In this document: positions 9,318-18,316 of the stretch, piece by piece
Layout of the letters: every line of letters begins with the position of its first letter
Position numbering within the stretch: position 1 is the first letter of the stretch
NCBI RefSeq assembly: GCF_008000775.2
Contig: NZ_CP042905.2
Location: 3,150,001-3,182,000, forward strand
Direction of reading: 5' to 3'
Source: Promethearchaeum syntrophicum
GTDB lineage: Archaea; Asgardarchaeota; Lokiarchaeia; Sigyniarchaeales; Promethearchaeaceae
Length of the DNA: 32,000 nt
Position numbers and translations under genes: made by a program
Notes under the pieces: model-generated
What the model saw: only the letters and a program-made list of their open reading frames with translations
Database searches by the model: none
Told to the model about the DNA's origin: nothing

Positions 9318-10619
9318 TTACAATTCTTTAGAAATAGTTAAATAGCGCCAATTGCTCTCCCATGGTTTTGAAAAATCGAATTCTAATATTTTAGCATCAA
9401 GTCGTCTATAAACATATTTTGAGCTTGAAAATACACTAAAAAGTCGATCATTAAAGAAATTTTTAAAACCTTCCAAAAATACTTCATGACCCCTGATCAA
9501 TCTGTCCGCTTGATTCTCCCTCATCCACTCATCAAACACTTCTTTTCCAAAATTAAATCCAATACCTCTTCTGCTTGGAAGAAATAACATATTAGGAGGC
9601 AGATCATCTGCAGGATCGTTCCACAAAATTTGTTGGGATAAATCATCCATTTCATCGATATTTGAATGTGCAGGATCAAGAAAATCTAATCCTTGAATTA
9701 TCTTGGGAATTTCGGGCATTTCAGTAAATTTTTTATCATAAATTGGAATACCTCCATGAAGCGAGACAAGTACCCTCGGGTTCTCCATAGATTCTGATTG
9801 GTAATGTACTGCATGCACTAGAGGTAATCTCATAAAAAAATATTCAAAATCATTGAACAGGTACAAATTAGGAAGATATTTGTTAATTGAGTGCCAAAAA
9901 CCGTATCGCATATTAATCGTTACTTCTTCGTGGTTCCCCCGTAAAATTCTGACATATTTTGAATATTTCATCGTAAATGTTAATATGTACAATAAATTAT
10001 GGATGTCCATTTTGTTTCTATCAACGTAATCTCCCAGAAAAATTATTCTTAGGTCTTCATTATTCAGTTCTGCTTTTTCAATTTGTTTTACGAAAAACCT
10101 AATGCATTTATCAGTGTCAATGATTGAACCATGCGTATCACCAACATAATATAGTTTTCCTGATTGCATTTTTTCATTGAATGCGTGATTTAAATCTAAT
10201 ACTTCTGGATTAAGAACAAATTCATTTAATTCTGAAAGAAGACCAATGATTTTTTCTCTTACAGCATTTCCACCCATGTATTTCCGAGGATCTTTAATTT
10301 GTTTATTATTATAATAAAATTCCCAAAATTCATCGGCAAAAGGGGTTTCAACTTTCTCTTTTTCTAAGAATGTAATGATATCTGTAAATTTTATTGCAAT
10401 AGACTGAGATAAGATATCTGGTTCTTCTGTTGGTAAGATATCAGTAGTAGTAAAGGTTTCTTCAGTTGTAATTTCTTCTCGGAGCAAATTTAATTTTTTT
10501 ATAAAGGCAGCTTCGCTTTTTTGCTCTTCTAAGTTAATATCTTGCATGATATCAGCGAGGGCTTCTTCCATTGCTTTCTTTTCTTCCTCTTCTTTCTCAT
10601 TTTCATCCATCGCTGTCAT
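9318..10619 (-). CDS. PPP-family Ser/Thr protein phosphatase (metallophosphoesterase) with acidic N-terminal extension
   Basis: 433-aa ORF with the canonical PPP triad GDTHG (res 160-164), GDYVDRN and RGNHE. About 100 extra acidic residues (EKEEEEKKAMEE...) precede the catalytic core. Confidence 0.85.
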   Translation of the reverse strand: MTAMDENEKEEEEKKAMEEALADIMQDINLEEQKSEAAFIKKLNLLREEITTEETFTTTDILPTEEPDILSQSIAIKFTDIITFLEKEKVETPFADEFWEFYYNNKQIKDPRKYMGGNAVREKIIGLLSELNEFVLNPEVLDLNHAFNEKMQSGKLYYVGDTHGSIIDTDKCIRFFVKQIEKAELNNEDLRIIFLGDYVDRNKMDIHNLLYILTFTMKYSKYVRILRGNHEEVTINMRYGFWHSINKYLPNLYLFNDFEYFFMRLPLVHAVHYQSESMENPRVLVSLHGGIPIYDKKFTEMPEIPKIIQGLDFLDPAHSNIDEMDDLSQQILWNDPADDLPPNMLFLPSRRGIGFNFGKEVFDEWMRENQADRLIRGHEVFLEGFKNFFNDRLFSVFSSSKYVYRRLDAKILEFDFSKPWESNWRYLTISKEL

Positions 10620-10723
10620 TGTTTAAAAAGCCCCATTAAAAAACCCGTTGATTGATTTAATATTTCAATTTCTGTATTGATAAAATTTTTGGAATAGATA
10701 ACCAAAAAAAATTGCATTCGATT

Positions 10724-11332
10724 TTAGACCACTTCGTAATTAAATCCTTTTTCAAATGCGAGTAAATTGACTTCATGATATTTGCGGGGAATATTCAATC
10801 GAATAGATTCTATAATATGTTCTTTGCTAAAAGGTAAAATACTTAAATTTCTTGCTAAAGCGCCTAAAAGAATTACATTCATAGTTTGACTTAAACCTAA
10901 TTCGATACTATCATTAAATGCATCAACCTGTACGACATTTTTTGTCCATCGATGTAATTCTTTCACGATTTGTTCCATAGTTGGAGATTGAACTTGTCCA
11001 TTTGCAATTCTGACTGTCAACGGTTGATAAATGGTTGAATTGACAATGACTATTCCATCAGGTTTTAATCGAGGAAGGGATCTTACAGATTCCAATGCCT
11101 CTAGGGCAATTAGAACATCCGATTCCCCATCAGAACAAATCGGAGATTCTGAAGGATCAAAGCCGATTGCTAAATCTGAAACTACTACACCCCCTCTTTG
11201 AGCCAAACCATGAGTCTCCATTGTCATTACAGTATTTCCAGCCAGTTGTGCTGCACGCGAAATAATCCGTGATGTTGCTCCGATTCCTTGTCCTCCCATT
11301 CCAGTGATGTGAATTTTTAATTGTTTTACCAT
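10724..11332 (-). CDS. iorB: Indolepyruvate:ferredoxin oxidoreductase, beta subunit
   Basis: MVKQLKIHITGMGGQGIG... is typical of the 2-oxoacid:ferredoxin oxidoreductase gamma/IorB fold. The ATG at 11332 lies 10 nt after the iorA stop and is preceded by GGTGA. The track ORF start at 11455 overlaps iorA and is rejected. Confidence 0.85.
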   Translation of the reverse strand: MVKQLKIHITGMGGQGIGATSRIISRAAQLAGNTVMTMETHGLAQRGGVVVSDLAIGFDPSESPICSDGESDVLIALEALESVRSLPRLKPDGIVIVNSTIYQPLTVRIANGQVQSPTMEQIVKELHRWTKNVVQVDAFNDSIELGLSQTMNVILLGALARNLSILPFSKEHIIESIRLNIPRKYHEVNLLAFEKGFNYEVV

Positions 11333-11342
11333 GATATTCACC

Positions 11343-13277
11343 TTAAATGCGTTTAAAATCCTCCATTTGTTTGATCGGTTTATTTTGCATCGGACAGGTT
11401 TGAACACAACAACCACATCCAATACATAATGAAGTATTAATCTCAGCTTGGCCATTAATATCCTCTATTGCTGGACAAGCGAATTCAAGTAAGCATTTCT
11501 TAATGTTTCGACAAATATCATGATCTATATAATAGGGATTTGCCAAAGTTCCTGCTTTTCGTTCAGCTGTACTTCGCATTAATGCGCAAGGTTCTTCTTG
11601 GATTACTACTGCTAAAGTTTTTTCTTTTTCAGCAAATTCAAACGCTTCATATAAAGCATCTTCAACCATTTTTTCATTATAGGCAGGGACTCGTTTAATA
11701 AATTTAACACCCCATGCAGCAAGTGTTTTATCCATACTGATCGTTTTCGTATCAGCATATTTATGAAACAATTTTGCACCTCGTGATTTTTTACCTGTGT
11801 TCGGATTGGGTTGATGCCCAGTCATTGCTGTAATTCCATTATCCATAATCATTAATACTTGAGCATGTTTGTTGAATAATGTATTTACAATTCCGGGCAT
11901 TCCAGCATGGAAGAATGTTGAATCTCCAATAAACGACATAATCGGGGCACCATTTAAAGCTAATGACATCCCAGAGGCGGAAGGAACCCCAGATCCCATA
12001 CTATAAAGTACTTTTCCTTGCTCATATGGAGGAAGATATCCAAGTGTATAACAACCAATATCTGCCATAGAGTATCCTTTCAATTTTTTGATTACTTTAG
12101 ATGCTACATGAATTGAAGTTCGATGACCACAACCAGGACATAATTGAGGAGGACGCTTTGGAACTTCTAATAAGGGAGAATAAATAACATTCTTTACTTC
12201 CAAATTTAAGATTTGGGAAATCATTTGAACTAATCGACTAGGATTGTATTCCGAAATCATTAAATCAATATAATTTTTTTCATTCGATTTTCCTAAAAGT
12301 TCGATATGAGAAATAGCATGTTCAAATAATGCCGCTTTTATCTGTGTTTCAAAGATTGGATCTAATTCTTCTAAAATTTTAATTTTCTTGTATTTTTGAA
12401 TAAAAGTTAGGATTTCTTCCATGGGAAGTGGATATACAATTCCCAATTTTAATATTGCAGCACCAACACCTAAAATTCGAAGGGCACTTTTCAAAGCAGC
12501 ATATGTATGACCACTGGTAATGAATCCGATTTGTGGAATTTGGTTACCAAAAATCTCTTCTTTCAATAATTCACCAGAATCCGCCAATTCTTTCCATTTT
12601 TCTAAATTTTTTAAGGATTTTCTTCGAAGAGGAGCTAATGTTGCCGGTAATGGGATATAACCCCCTTCTAAATTTGGATCGAATTTTCTTTGAATATTTG
12701 TTTTATTTTTCACGCCGAATTTTACAATACCTGTTTGATGGCAAATTCGTGTAGTAGAGCGAATAACAACAGGCATTTGCCATTGTTGAGAATATTTCAT
12801 AGCAAAACAGAAATAATCTTTTGCTTCTTGCACATTGGCAGGTTCGAGCATTGGAATTTTTCCAAGTTTTGCATAGTGACGATTATCTTGTTCATTTTGA
12901 GAAGAATGAGGTCCGGGATCATCACCTAAAATAATAACTAATCCACCAGGAAGAGTAAACTTACTTAATTGAACGAATGAATCAGAAGCCACATTCAACC
13001 CTACGCTTTTCATAAACACGCATGCAGGTGCCCCTCCAATGGCAGCTGAGGCAGCAATTTCCAAAGCGACTTTTTCATTTGTAGAAAATTCAAAATAAAT
13101 TCCACTTTCATCTTGAATCTGCGCCAATCGCACACCTATTCCACTTGTGGGAGATCCGGGGTATGCAGTTGCAACTTTAACATCCGCTTCAATCATTCCT
13201 CGAACAAAAGCATCATTACCCAATAGAATTTCTTGATGCGGTTCGTCATTCAGAATTGAATATTTATAGTTGACCAT
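11343..13277 (-). CDS. iorA: Indolepyruvate:ferredoxin oxidoreductase, alpha subunit (TPP-binding, 2x[4Fe-4S])
   Basis: 644-aa ORF. Pyruvate:ferredoxin-oxidoreductase-like N-terminal domain, TPP-binding region (GDSTFFHAGMPG...MDNGITAMTGHQ) and a C-terminal ferredoxin motif CIGCGCCVQTCP plus CxxxxxxCP. Confidence 0.9.
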   Translation of the reverse strand: MVNYKYSILNDEPHQEILLGNDAFVRGMIEADVKVATAYPGSPTSGIGVRLAQIQDESGIYFEFSTNEKVALEIAASAAIGGAPACVFMKSVGLNVASDSFVQLSKFTLPGGLVIILGDDPGPHSSQNEQDNRHYAKLGKIPMLEPANVQEAKDYFCFAMKYSQQWQMPVVIRSTTRICHQTGIVKFGVKNKTNIQRKFDPNLEGGYIPLPATLAPLRRKSLKNLEKWKELADSGELLKEEIFGNQIPQIGFITSGHTYAALKSALRILGVGAAILKLGIVYPLPMEEILTFIQKYKKIKILEELDPIFETQIKAALFEHAISHIELLGKSNEKNYIDLMISEYNPSRLVQMISQILNLEVKNVIYSPLLEVPKRPPQLCPGCGHRTSIHVASKVIKKLKGYSMADIGCYTLGYLPPYEQGKVLYSMGSGVPSASGMSLALNGAPIMSFIGDSTFFHAGMPGIVNTLFNKHAQVLMIMDNGITAMTGHQPNPNTGKKSRGAKLFHKYADTKTISMDKTLAAWGVKFIKRVPAYNEKMVEDALYEAFEFAEKEKTLAVVIQEEPCALMRSTAERKAGTLANPYYIDHDICRNIKKCLLEFACPAIEDINGQAEINTSLCIGCGCCVQTCPMQNKPIKQMEDFKRI

Positions 13278-13407
13278 GATTTAAACTTTAGTTTACAATA
13301 ACAATATTTAAAAATTTGGCTTAAATTTTATTGGATTTTCAGCTTAATACTGAAAAAAATGAGGATTACCAGGAGAAAACCTAAAAAATAAACTTGATTT
13401 AAATGAA

Positions 13408-14253
13408 TCAGAGAAATTCTATTAACCCATCTATACCAAACCCACTAAGTATTATCTCAATACCCATCCATACTAAGACTAATGCAAATATTTTCTCCAG
13501 AATTGCACCATATTTAATCATTTTTGCAAGAAATCGATTATTAATAAATCCGATAAGAGCTCCTAAGATTATAAAAGGAACTGTGATTCCCATGGCATAA
13601 AGGATCATTAGGTATAGCGCTGTTGAATATTCATTTTGCACAGCACCTATTGAAATTATGGTTCCTAATACCGGAGTAACACAAGCAATCCAAGAACTTC
13701 CTGTGGTAAATCCAAGAATAAACGCACCTCCGTATCCAGTATACTTATTAAAAGATGTGGGGTTATCTAATTTATTCGAAATTTCAACTTCATTGAGTCG
13801 AGTTTCTCGATTTTCAAGGATTTCCATATTTCGGTTAATTTCTTGCTTTTTTATTTTTCGTATTTCTTTCAATTTTCGAGTTAGTTTTTGAATTTCTTTA
13901 TTGAAAAATAGATATAACGCAAGTAGAATCGTGATAATTCCAGAAATAAGGTTAAAGTACGTTCTATTTTCAAGACTCATAACACCCGCTAAAAAAATAA
14001 CCCCAATTATACCAAATGTTAATGAAAATCCAAGTGAATAAAGTAAACTCATGAATGAACTCTGTCTCCAGTTCTTGGAGGAAGACCCAACATACGAAAC
14101 GAAAGTTGGAATTAATGCAACATTACACGGGGATACGAAAGAAGCAATTCCAGCTCCAAAAGCAATAAAATATAAAGTGGGGTCTACGGCCATTTTTTCT
14201 TCACATATGCATTTTATAAGGCAGGATTGATTAAAGTATAAAAAAAAAATCAT
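13408..14253 (-). CDS. ccdA: CcdA/DsbD-family thiol-disulfide electron transporter (cytochrome c biogenesis CcdA-like)
   Basis: Polytopic ORF with the two conserved Cys-Pro motifs FVSPCNVALIP and ACVTPVLG. Its ATG at 14253 overlaps the upstream TGA (ATGA). An alternative start is M21 at 14193. It has an unusual ~53-aa charged insert (res 118-170). Confidence 0.8.
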   Translation of the reverse strand: MIFFLYFNQSCLIKCICEEKMAVDPTLYFIAFGAGIASFVSPCNVALIPTFVSYVGSSSKNWRQSSFMSLLYSLGFSLTFGIIGVIFLAGVMSLENRTYFNLISGIITILLALYLFFNKEIQKLTRKLKEIRKIKKQEINRNMEILENRETRLNEVEISNKLDNPTSFNKYTGYGGAFILGFTTGSSWIACVTPVLGTIISIGAVQNEYSTALYLMILYAMGITVPFIILGALIGFINNRFLAKMIKYGAILEKIFALVLVWMGIEIILSGFGIDGLIEFL

Positions 14254-14918
14254 AATAAATTATTAATATTAGTTTGAATCTCTTCTATTGTTTGAGGACC
14301 AGTTTGAGTTGTTCCAACACTGCCATCTTTTGCAAAATAGACTGTGTGTGGGACATATTGAGAGCCAAATCTTGATGATAAAGAATAATCTGTATCTTTC
14401 ACATTTTTCCAAGTAAATCCTTGTTCATCAGCATATTCTTGTATAGCATCTACACTATCTGCAGCCTTGACATTTATAGATAAGATTAATAGTTGGTTTG
14501 ATGTATATAGCTCTGAAGCGGATTGCAAATTGGGTGAATGTTGCTTACAGGCAGGACAATCGATAAAATTAAAATAGAATATAACCACCTTCCCTTCATA
14601 ATCTGCCAAATGAATAATAGTCCCATCTATTGTAGTTATATCAAGATCAGTTTTATACCCCGTCTCAGGATCTTCTGTATATGTATTAGTATCTGTAGAA
14701 TAATTTGGATTTAGACTATTATCTTCAGCTGTATTATCTAATAAACTTCCAATACCTACGACCCCACCAGCGATTACAATCATTACAATAAAGAATATTG
14801 CAAAACCACTGGATTTCTTTGGATTTATCTCTTCATCATAATATTTTGCCCGCGAGCCTGAAGTGGATTTCTTATTTATATTTTCTCTTGCTTTCGCTTG
14901 AAATTTACTTTTTCCCAT
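14250..14918 (-). CDS. Membrane-anchored thioredoxin-like thiol:disulfide oxidoreductase (TlpA/ResA-like)
   Basis: 222-aa ORF. N-terminal basic region plus a single TM (FAIFFIVMIVIAGGVVGIG), then a thioredoxin fold with CPAC active site (VVIFYFNFIDCPACKQH). Coupled to ccdA. Confidence 0.8.
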   Translation of the reverse strand: MGKSKFQAKARENINKKSTSGSRAKYYDEEINPKKSSGFAIFFIVMIVIAGGVVGIGSLLDNTAEDNSLNPNYSTDTNTYTEDPETGYKTDLDITTIDGTIIHLADYEGKVVIFYFNFIDCPACKQHSPNLQSASELYTSNQLLILSINVKAADSVDAIQEYADEQGFTWKNVKDTDYSLSSRFGSQYVPHTVYFAKDGSVGTTQTGPQTIEEIQTNINNLL

Positions 14919-14955
14919 TTCTAATCCTCTTAAAATTTTATATAATTATTTATTA

Positions 14956-15279
14956 CTAAATTATGCAAACATTCTTAATAATAGGTTCAATATTTTTGAT
15001 AAAAAGCTGTTTGCGAATAAGACCCTTAATAGAAATCAATATTTTTTCGTATTTTCCAAACCGTTCAATAAATTGATTTGAAATTAAGATTTCAATACCA
15101 TTGACGTTTGTTTTATGCGCGAATTCATCATTATCTGAGAATTTGAGCTTGATAACAGGAGATAAAACTTGAACACAAGGCTCTTCCATCAGATCTACAT
15201 CTATTAAAAATGAAGATATTGATTTTTCTTGAACTAAGCTTATAGCTTTTTCATCAAAATCAATATTTACTGCTATCAT
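14956..15279 (-). CDS. Hypothetical small protein
   Basis: 107-aa ORF, same strand and 37 nt upstream of the thioredoxin gene. No motif recognised with confidence. Confidence 0.45.
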   Translation of the reverse strand: MIAVNIDFDEKAISLVQEKSISSFLIDVDLMEEPCVQVLSPVIKLKFSDNDEFAHKTNVNGIEILISNQFIERFGKYEKILISIKGLIRKQLFIKNIEPIIKNVCII

Positions 15280-15380
15280 AAATTAAAAATGGTAGGATAA
15301 TTATATAAAGTTTGTGCATTATTTTTGCCCAATCATATTTGTTTATAAATCCCGACAATTGATATCAAAGGTAGGATATT

Positions 15381-16175
15381 TTAATTATAAAGAATATCAG
15401 AAATTAGTTGCTGGAGATGGGAATTGAAAGTATGATGATCTGCCCAGAACATGCAATGTCCATGTCCCTCCATAAAGATTGTGTCAATTTTGGGTTTGAA
15501 TTTTTCTCGATGTTTTTTCTTAGGTAGCGATAACCCTGCTATGATAGCTTTTATGGGATATCGCGCTTCCTCAATGTATGGTATAACATTCCAATAGCAG
15601 AGTTCCTCAAATTCACTCAAAAAGACCGCATTTTTAATGATCGGATACTGCAAAAATTCCTTCTGTAGTTGCTCTGAGACCTTAATTCCAGAATTCATAT
15701 GGGTTTTATACAAGTTAACAATTTTTTTGTGTGTATTTTCTCTGAAATCTTTCATGATCAGTTCGGTGGCTTCTACAGTATTCTTGGTATAGAGACTTCC
15801 TTGAATCGGAAAGAAAGTATCAATACCGATTATACCTATGATCCTATCTTTAAGGATTCTTGCAGCTTCAAGAATTATTGGTCCACCCATTGACCAGCCA
15901 ATAAGGATAACTCTTTGAAGATCCTCTGCTTGTATAACAGCTGCGATATCTTCTCCAAATGCTTGCATAGTGAATTTCAATCTGTCTGTGGTTGCAGATT
16001 TTCCATGCCCACCTATATCGGGGAGTACTAATTTGTATTGTTTAGCAAATGAATGTTGCAATTTCCAGTGTTCAAGGATACCTCCAGCGCCAGAGACAAA
16101 GCAGAGTGTGATATCTCCTTTTCCGTGTACCTCGTAGTAGATGTCCGTTCCATCTTTTGATTTGCATTTATTCAT
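15381..16175 (-). CDS. Alpha/beta-fold hydrolase (intact paralog, copy 1)
   Basis: 264-aa ORF (795 nt). Has the GWSMGG nucleophile elbow (GxSxG), an HGKS oxyanion region and a C-terminal GHGHCMFW with the catalytic His. Near-identical at nucleotide level to 17875-18209. Confidence 0.85.
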   Translation of the reverse strand: MNKCKSKDGTDIYYEVHGKGDITLCFVSGAGGILEHWKLQHSFAKQYKLVLPDIGGHGKSATTDRLKFTMQAFGEDIAAVIQAEDLQRVILIGWSMGGPIILEAARILKDRIIGIIGIDTFFPIQGSLYTKNTVEATELIMKDFRENTHKKIVNLYKTHMNSGIKVSEQLQKEFLQYPIIKNAVFLSEFEELCYWNVIPYIEEARYPIKAIIAGLSLPKKKHREKFKPKIDTIFMEGHGHCMFWADHHTFNSHLQQLISDILYN

Positions 16176-16476
16176 ATTTTGTTTTAAAAAATTAGCTCAT
16201 AAAAAGATTGTCTGATGAAATAAATGTTCAACAGATAAGCTTTGAGAATAAAAATATCAAGATTTTAAGAATAAATAAATCAAATAAAATGAGTTCTGGA
16301 AGTAATTTTTCCAGTAAATTTAAAAGATTTTTCCCATTAGCCGATCTACTCACCAAGAAGGGATTTACATGGTTTCAATGAACTAATAGTGCCGAAACAC
16401 TAGCAGGAGTTTATATGTTCTACGGACGCCATTTGTAGTTTAGGTAGAATCAACGTCTGAAATCAACAGTTTGAAG

Positions 16477-16547
16477 TTATTTATTAGAAAGAATATCTGA
16501 GATCATCTGCTGGAGATTTGTATTGAAGGTCTCATGGGTGTGGTCAT
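16477..16547 (-). pseudogene. 3'-terminal remnant of a third alpha/beta-hydrolase paralog
   Basis: The minus strand translates ...DHTHETFNTNLQQMISDILSNK*, matching the last ~20 codons of copies 1 and 2 (HTFNSHLQQLISDILYN / HETFNTHLQQMISDILND). It abuts the stop codon of the 232-aa gene. Confidence 0.55.
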
Positions 16548-17242
16548 CGTGTAAATCCAATTAAGAATGCAAATCCAATGATTATTAAAAATAATATTTC
16601 TGAAATAATCAGAATAAGAGTAATTTGTTTAAATTTTTTTTTTTGTGTCTCAATGTTTTTAGATGAATACCATAACAATCCCAATATCAAGTATAGAAAG
16701 AAGCAAGCACTAAATCCCAATATAATATAGCTCAGATATCCATAGTATTCTGGGATTTCACCTATTAATTCAAAACTCAATAAGAGAGAACTAATTGCAG
16801 TTAAGGCCATTACTGTAAAAAATTTAACGAGTCGTCCTTCAATAACAACATGTAAATGGGCTTCGATATCCTTTAATGATGGAACGTCTATATGTGACTT
16901 CTTCTCAATTATTTCATAGATTTTTTGAAACCGTTTTTCATTAATTTTACTTAATCTAATTATGATATGGTTCTTCGAATCCAATTTTCCAATAAACTTG
17001 ATTTCATATGTCTGATTTAGGTTTTTGCTAATATTCACATCAGAAATGGTATCAAAGTTTAAAACATATGAGTTATCTAAACATGTGAGAAGCTTATTAT
17101 TTAAAAAAAATGGTTTATTTCTACCAATAACGAGAAATGATAAAAATTTTGGAATAATAATCCCATTTGTCGTAAATAATAGATAATCAATTGTATTATG
17201 ATAATCTACTTCTAATTTATATGATATATCTGAATTTTCCAT
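16544..17242 (-). CDS. Hypothetical protein: soluble beta-rich N-terminal domain plus C-terminal 3-TM region
   Basis: 232-aa ORF with ATG start. Residues ~140-232 form three hydrophobic helices. It sits between hydrolase copies. No family recognised. Confidence 0.6.
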   Translation of the reverse strand: MENSDISYKLEVDYHNTIDYLLFTTNGIIIPKFLSFLVIGRNKPFFLNNKLLTCLDNSYVLNFDTISDVNISKNLNQTYEIKFIGKLDSKNHIIIRLSKINEKRFQKIYEIIEKKSHIDVPSLKDIEAHLHVVIEGRLVKFFTVMALTAISSLLLSFELIGEIPEYYGYLSYIILGFSACFFLYLILGLLWYSSKNIETQKKKFKQITLILIISEILFLIIIGFAFLIGFTR

Positions 17243-17422
17243 TGGATCACCTTATGGGAAAAGATTACTTTCTTGATTTGAAGTCTACTAATCGTCCCAT
17301 TGTTAAATCAACTCCAAGTAACTTAGATGATTCTACCCATAAAAACATTTTCTGAACCCCTCCCAGTGAAATGTTGATATTACATATGTTCTTCTTTTTT
17401 TCGGGAATTAAAATGAGAATTT

Positions 17423-18209
17423 CTAATCATTAAGAATATCAGAGATCATCTGCTGGAGATGAGTATTGAAGGTTTCGTGATCTGCCCAGAGCATGCAATG
17501 ACCGTGCCCCTCCATGACAATAATATCGATTTTTGGTTTGAAGCTCTCTCTTTGTGCTTCTTCAAGTGCAGACATGCCTGCTATGATTGCTTTTATTGGA
17601 TGTTGTGGGTCCTCAAGATGAGGCATATCATTCCAATTACAGAGATCCTCCAACTCACTTAAAAATATCTCACTTTTGATGACCGGATATTGCAGAAATT
17701 CCTTCTGTAGTTGCTCTGATTCCAGTATTCATATGATATTTAAACAGGTTAACAATTTTCTTTGGGGTATCTTCCCTGAAATCTTTCATGATCAGTTTGG
17801 TGGCTTCTTCACTATTCTTGGTATAGAGACTTCCTTGAATAGGAAAGAATGTATCAATGCCGATTATACCTATGATCCTATCTTTAAGGATTCTTGCAGC
17901 TTCAAGAATTATTGGTCCACCCATTGACCAACCAATAAGGATAACTCTTTGAAGATCCTCTGCTTGTATAACAGCTGCGATATCTTCTCCAAATGCTTGC
18001 ATAGTGAATTTCAATCTCTCTGTATTTGCAGATTTTCCATGCCCAGCTATGTCGGGGAGCACTAATTTATATTGTTTAGCAAATGAATGTTGCAATTTCC
18101 AGTGTTCAAGGATCCCTCCAGCGCCAGAGACAAAGCAGAGTGTGATATCTCCCTCTCCGTATACCTCGTAGTAGATGTCCGTTCCATCTTTCGATTTGCA
18201 TTTATTCAT
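17423..18209 (-). pseudogene. Alpha/beta-fold hydrolase, frameshifted paralog (copy 2)
   Basis: 787 nt (not a multiple of 3) versus 795 nt for copy 1. An 8-nt deletion at 17719/17720 relative to copy 1 (15678-15685) splits it into track ORFs 17670-18320 (true ATG at 18209) and 17423-17653. Confidence 0.8.
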
Positions 18210-18316
18210 ATTTTGTGTTAAAATTTTAACAATATTAAATTTGATAAGGAAATAATTGTTCAAGGAATAAATTTGAAAAAAAATGAAACTGTTCATCAAT
18301 TTCATCAATAGAGATT

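Noticed and set aside
11333-11455. N-terminal extension of the iorB track ORF overlapping the 3' end of iorA
   Set aside because: The extension (MAKLRLILHYVLDVVVVFKP...) is the out-of-frame shadow of the iorA ferredoxin domain. The conserved IorB N-terminus starts at MVKQLKIHITGMGGQG (ATG 11332), which is preceded by GGTGA.
16300-16476. Slightly G/C-richer intergenic patch (ccattagccgatctactcaccaagaaggg...ctacggacgccatttgtag) considered as a tRNA, small RNA or degraded hydrolase sequence
   Set aside because: I could not fold a cloverleaf or find a T-loop GTTCRANNC-type motif. I found no extended stem and no convincing similarity to the hydrolase copies. A 31-codon ATG ORF (from ~16289) is too short to support.
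17423-18209. Programmed ribosomal frameshift or split functional gene as explanation for the two hydrolase ORFs
   Set aside because: The frame change is caused by a net 8-nt deletion relative to the intact paralog, not by a slippery heptamer with a downstream structure. The upstream frame also terminates 17 nt before the first Met of the downstream ORF. Pseudogenisation is the simpler reading, although sequencing or assembly error remains to be excluded.
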